Positions 59,930 to 64,000 of a DNA stretch of 64,000 nucleotides are shown here, piece after piece. The translations under genes and the position numbers were made by a program. Position 1 is the first letter of the stretch. Each line of letters begins with the position of its first letter. The notes beneath the pieces are model-generated. The model was not told where the DNA came from, made no database searches, and saw only the letters and a list, made by a program, of their open reading frames with translations. The stretch comes from Pseudobacteriovorax sp. (GTDB taxonomy: Bacteria; Bdellovibrionota_B; Oligoflexia; Oligoflexales; Oligoflexaceae), in NCBI GenBank assembly GCA_050293845.1, contig JBNKNM010000009.1, forward strand, positions 1-64,000, in the 5' to 3' direction.

Positions 59930-60918
59930 GTACTTGAGGGGGGTAAAGCCCCGTTTTTTTCATAAATAGCTTCACGAAAACCTTTAAAATGTTTCGGTAT
60001 TGCTTCAGCGACAGGGTTGTCTGTAAAGGTATTCTCATCTCTTTGGTTGTTGAGTAAGAGGAAATCTTTAATCTTGGGTCCATTAGGAGAGTAATGCTCC
60101 CCTCGCCTTTCAAAGATTGGTACCAGCGAATTACCGATCGATCCTCGCAGCTGGATGCGGCTACCTTTGGCAAATCTTTCCGATACCAGTCTAAAGATAT
60201 CTTCTACTCTTAGCTCCTCTCCACCTGATAATTCAACAATGGCTGAAGAATCTTTGATTTCAGCTGTCGCTAAATCACAAAGAGTATCTGTGAGATCATC
60301 TATCAAAATAGGCGAAAGCTTACCTTCTACCCTTGGAACAGGGTAGATTCCGGGAAATTTCATAAGATTCATAATCGATTGAATAAAAAAATCCTGGCTA
60401 GCATTGGGCCGGTAAACGAGGCTACTTCTCACAATGAGCTTTTCGGGAATATTGGAATTTAGGACTGTAAATTCAGCTAGATATTTTTCCTTTAAGAATG
60501 CTGTTTTTGCCCTTCGACTTGCTCCAATAGCGCTCAAAAATATAATTCGTCTTGTTCCTTCTCGCTCCATAGCTTCAAGTAGATTTTTTAACAACTTAAT
60601 ATTCTTGCTAGCTTTCTTAAAGCTTGGATCAAACACAATATCTTCTTGAGATCCGATAAAATTTTTTTCCCAAGCAAGATAAATCACGGTATCAACCCCT
60701 CTTAAGGGAGCAGCCAACAAATCTATAGAACTAAGATCAGAACATACCGGATATACATTACTAAGAGGCAACGGCAGCCGTAAATGATACATAGAGACCA
60801 CTGATTTGCTTCTACTGGTCAACTTAGGAACCAAATGCTGTCCAATAAAACCAGATCCCCCAGTAACCAGCACGGCTTCATCTTCAAAGTCATTTGTTTT
60901 GCTATCTCGTTTGCCCAT
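59926..60918 (-). CDS. NAD-dependent epimerase/dehydratase (atypical SDR) family protein
   Basis: [21 protein letters not shown]. Confidence 0.8.
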   Translation of the reverse strand: MGKRDSKTNDFEDEAVLVTGGSGFIGQHLVPKLTSRSKSVVSMYHLRLPLPLSNVYPVCSDLSSIDLLAAPLRGVDTVIYLAWEKNFIGSQEDIVFDPSFKKASKNIKLLKNLLEAMEREGTRRIIFLSAIGASRRAKTAFLKEKYLAEFTVLNSNIPEKLIVRSSLVYRPNASQDFFIQSIMNLMKFPGIYPVPRVEGKLSPILIDDLTDTLCDLATAEIKDSSAIVELSGGEELRVEDIFRLVSERFAKGSRIQLRGSIGNSLVPIFERRGEHYSPNGPKIKDFLLLNNQRDENTFTDNPVAEAIPKHFKGFREAIYEKNGALPPSST

Positions 60919-60937
60919 CTGTTATCGTCCCCCCAAT

Positions 60938-62029
60938 CTAATCTTGTAGTTCATTATAGAGGTTGAGCGTTCGATGCGCTACTTGGCGCCATGGTAAAAG
61001 TTTATGTCTCGCCTCGTTTATCTGCACCATGAGACCTTCACTATCTTGTCGCCACGCGCTGAAAATATGTCCCATGGCATCAATCCAGTTATTAACTTTA
61101 TCGTAATTTTGCAGTCCAATCCCCCCACAACCTACAACTTCATCAATCCCGCTACCTTTTAAAAAAACGACAGGCCTTCCCAAGGAAAGAGCTTCGGCGG
61201 CAGGAAGGCAGAACCCCTCATATAGACTCGTGTGCAATAATAGAGCAGAGTGACGGATTATTTTTTCCATATCTTCTTCGTCAATCGAACAGTAAATCTG
61301 AACCTGATTTGCTGACTTTTTACTTAGATTTTTTTGTAAGAAGGCTCGCCCCATCTTATCTGTTATTATATAGAATCGCCAGTATTGCGGTGATGCATGG
61401 ATTATCTGGACTAATCGTTCGAATCCCTTGTATTTTTCATACCTGCTAATAAAGCATACATTATTCAGACTAGTTTCACGTGGAACAACAATGTCATCCT
61501 TCCGGTAATGGAAGCCATTGGGAATCAGTGTCAGCTTATTCCTGAACTGCGGGAATTGCTCCTCACAAGTATGTAATGTCCACTGAGAAACACAAATCAC
61601 ACGATCGGCTAGGCTAATAGCTTTTGGCAGAAGGTACCTAAGTTGCATTGCTAGTGTCCTTGATACCATATGGGGAGCTAGCTGGGGGGTAAGGTCATGA
61701 ACAGTCAATATACAGCGGTCGCGCCGCCTAGGTTTAAAGATATTAAAATTGCTCAACCCATGAATGATCGCAGGGCTCTGCACTGAAGCCATATAGTGGC
61801 GCTTCATTGTAAGATTCCATAGAAGCTTTACTTTTCGCGACCATTCTGCTTTTTGGCCCAATGCTATTTGCTCGACATGAGAAAAATGTGGCATTTGGCA
61901 ATCTGTGATCAGCTTTATGTCTTGTTGGGGTAGTAATTCTGCTAAAAGATTTTGGGCGTGATTGGCAATACCCGAGAAAGGGTTATGAAGTCCGTAAGCA
62001 TCCCAGATAACTTCTCTATAATAAGACAA
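60938..62029 (-). CDS. GT4-family glycosyltransferase
   Basis: TVHDL, VSQWT, YEGFCLPAAEALSLG (ExFxLxxxE). Confidence 0.88.
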   Translation of the reverse strand: MSYYREVIWDAYGLHNPFSGIANHAQNLLAELLPQQDIKLITDCQMPHFSHVEQIALGQKAEWSRKVKLLWNLTMKRHYMASVQSPAIIHGLSNFNIFKPRRRDRCILTVHDLTPQLAPHMVSRTLAMQLRYLLPKAISLADRVICVSQWTLHTCEEQFPQFRNKLTLIPNGFHYRKDDIVVPRETSLNNVCFISRYEKYKGFERLVQIIHASPQYWRFYIITDKMGRAFLQKNLSKKSANQVQIYCSIDEEDMEKIIRHSALLLHTSLYEGFCLPAAEALSLGRPVVFLKGSGIDEVVGCGGIGLQNYDKVNNWIDAMGHIFSAWRQDSEGLMVQINEARHKLLPWRQVAHRTLNLYNELQD

Positions 62030-62071
62030 AGCAAGCCCTCCTCCTAAAGGAGAGCATAGCTGCTTAATATC

Positions 62072-62491
62072 CTAGGGAGCAACAGACTTTGCAATTTTAA
62101 GGCGGTACTCGGCCTCCTTGAGTAACTTAGAGTACTTGTCTAAGTCCATCTTTTCCGCCTTCCCTTCTAATCCTTGCAATGCTTCAGTTCTTTGCTCCTC
62201 AGCCTTGCTAACATTAATGTCTGCTGCAGCTTCAACGTAGTCAGCAAGGACATTTACAGTATCTCCGGTGACCTCAACAAATCCACCCGAAACAAAGAAA
62301 AATGATCTCTCTCCAGAATTTGAGTCGGTTACCACCATCTCACCAATCTCCAATTCTGCAACCATAGCCGTATGCTCAGGCAAAATTGTCATATAGCCTA
62401 AGAAACCGGGAATCGTCAAAGCCCTCGCCTTTGAAGTCGATAACGACTTACTTGGAGATAATATGTTGAGTCCAAATTCAGTGACCATCAT
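62072..62491 (-). CDS. atpC: F1 ATP synthase epsilon subunit
   Basis: GYMTILPEH, FVSGGFVEV; follows atpD. Confidence 0.93.
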   Translation of the reverse strand: MMVTEFGLNILSPSKSLSTSKARALTIPGFLGYMTILPEHTAMVAELEIGEMVVTDSNSGERSFFFVSGGFVEVTGDTVNVLADYVEAAADINVSKAEEQRTEALQGLEGKAEKMDLDKYSKLLKEAEYRLKIAKSVAP

Positions 62492-62497
62492 ACATTC

Positions 62498-63910
<1,413 letters not shown>

Positions 63911-63936
63911 TCACCTTTTTCCAAGGATATTTCAGC

Positions 63937-64000
63937 TTAATTGAGTGCCTCAGCACCACTAATGATTTCCGTTAGTTCCGTTGTGATCGCCGCCTGTCTC
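63937..64000 (-). CDS. atpG: F1 ATP synthase gamma subunit, C-terminal fragment
   Basis: Manual translation RQAAITTELTEIISGAEALN*. Confidence 0.92.
   Translation of the reverse strand, partial: RQAAITTELTEIISGAEALN

Overview
Core-genome segment of a Gram-negative bacterium. The AgmX/PglI-tail protein, RpoH, RNase J and FHA/PilZ proteins suggest Bdellovibrionota/Oligoflexia-like or myxobacteria-like affinity, but this is an inference only. Housekeeping content: type-2 ileS, fadI/fadJ, rnj, a NUDIX hydrolase, an IDH-family dehydrogenase, PP2C-M23-secA, rph, sdhCAB running into purS-Q-L-F, an M16 peptidase, yajC, a UvrD/Rep helicase, rpoH, amgK-murU, a reduced dcw cluster (rsmH to ftsZ, with no mraZ, murE, murG, murB or ddl) and the end of the atp operon. 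I saw no tRNA, rRNA, CRISPR array or mobile element. The most unusual locus is 10.7-16.4 kb. There an FHA-GAF-like-HD-GYP phosphodiesterase precedes a TolQ/ExbB (AglR-like) protein, two highly divergent ExbD/TolR-like proteins and an AgmX/PglI-tail (GltG-like) transducer. Both ExbD-like transmembrane helices appear to lack the normally essential Asp. A recurring sigma-28-like promoter motif was found by eye upstream of five transcription units. Also noted: a 55-aa Cys-rich gene missed by the ORF track, a probably leaderless ribbon-helix-helix gene, and a LysM lipoprotein with a Q/N/M-rich low-complexity region. All calls come from motif recognition; no database searches were run.
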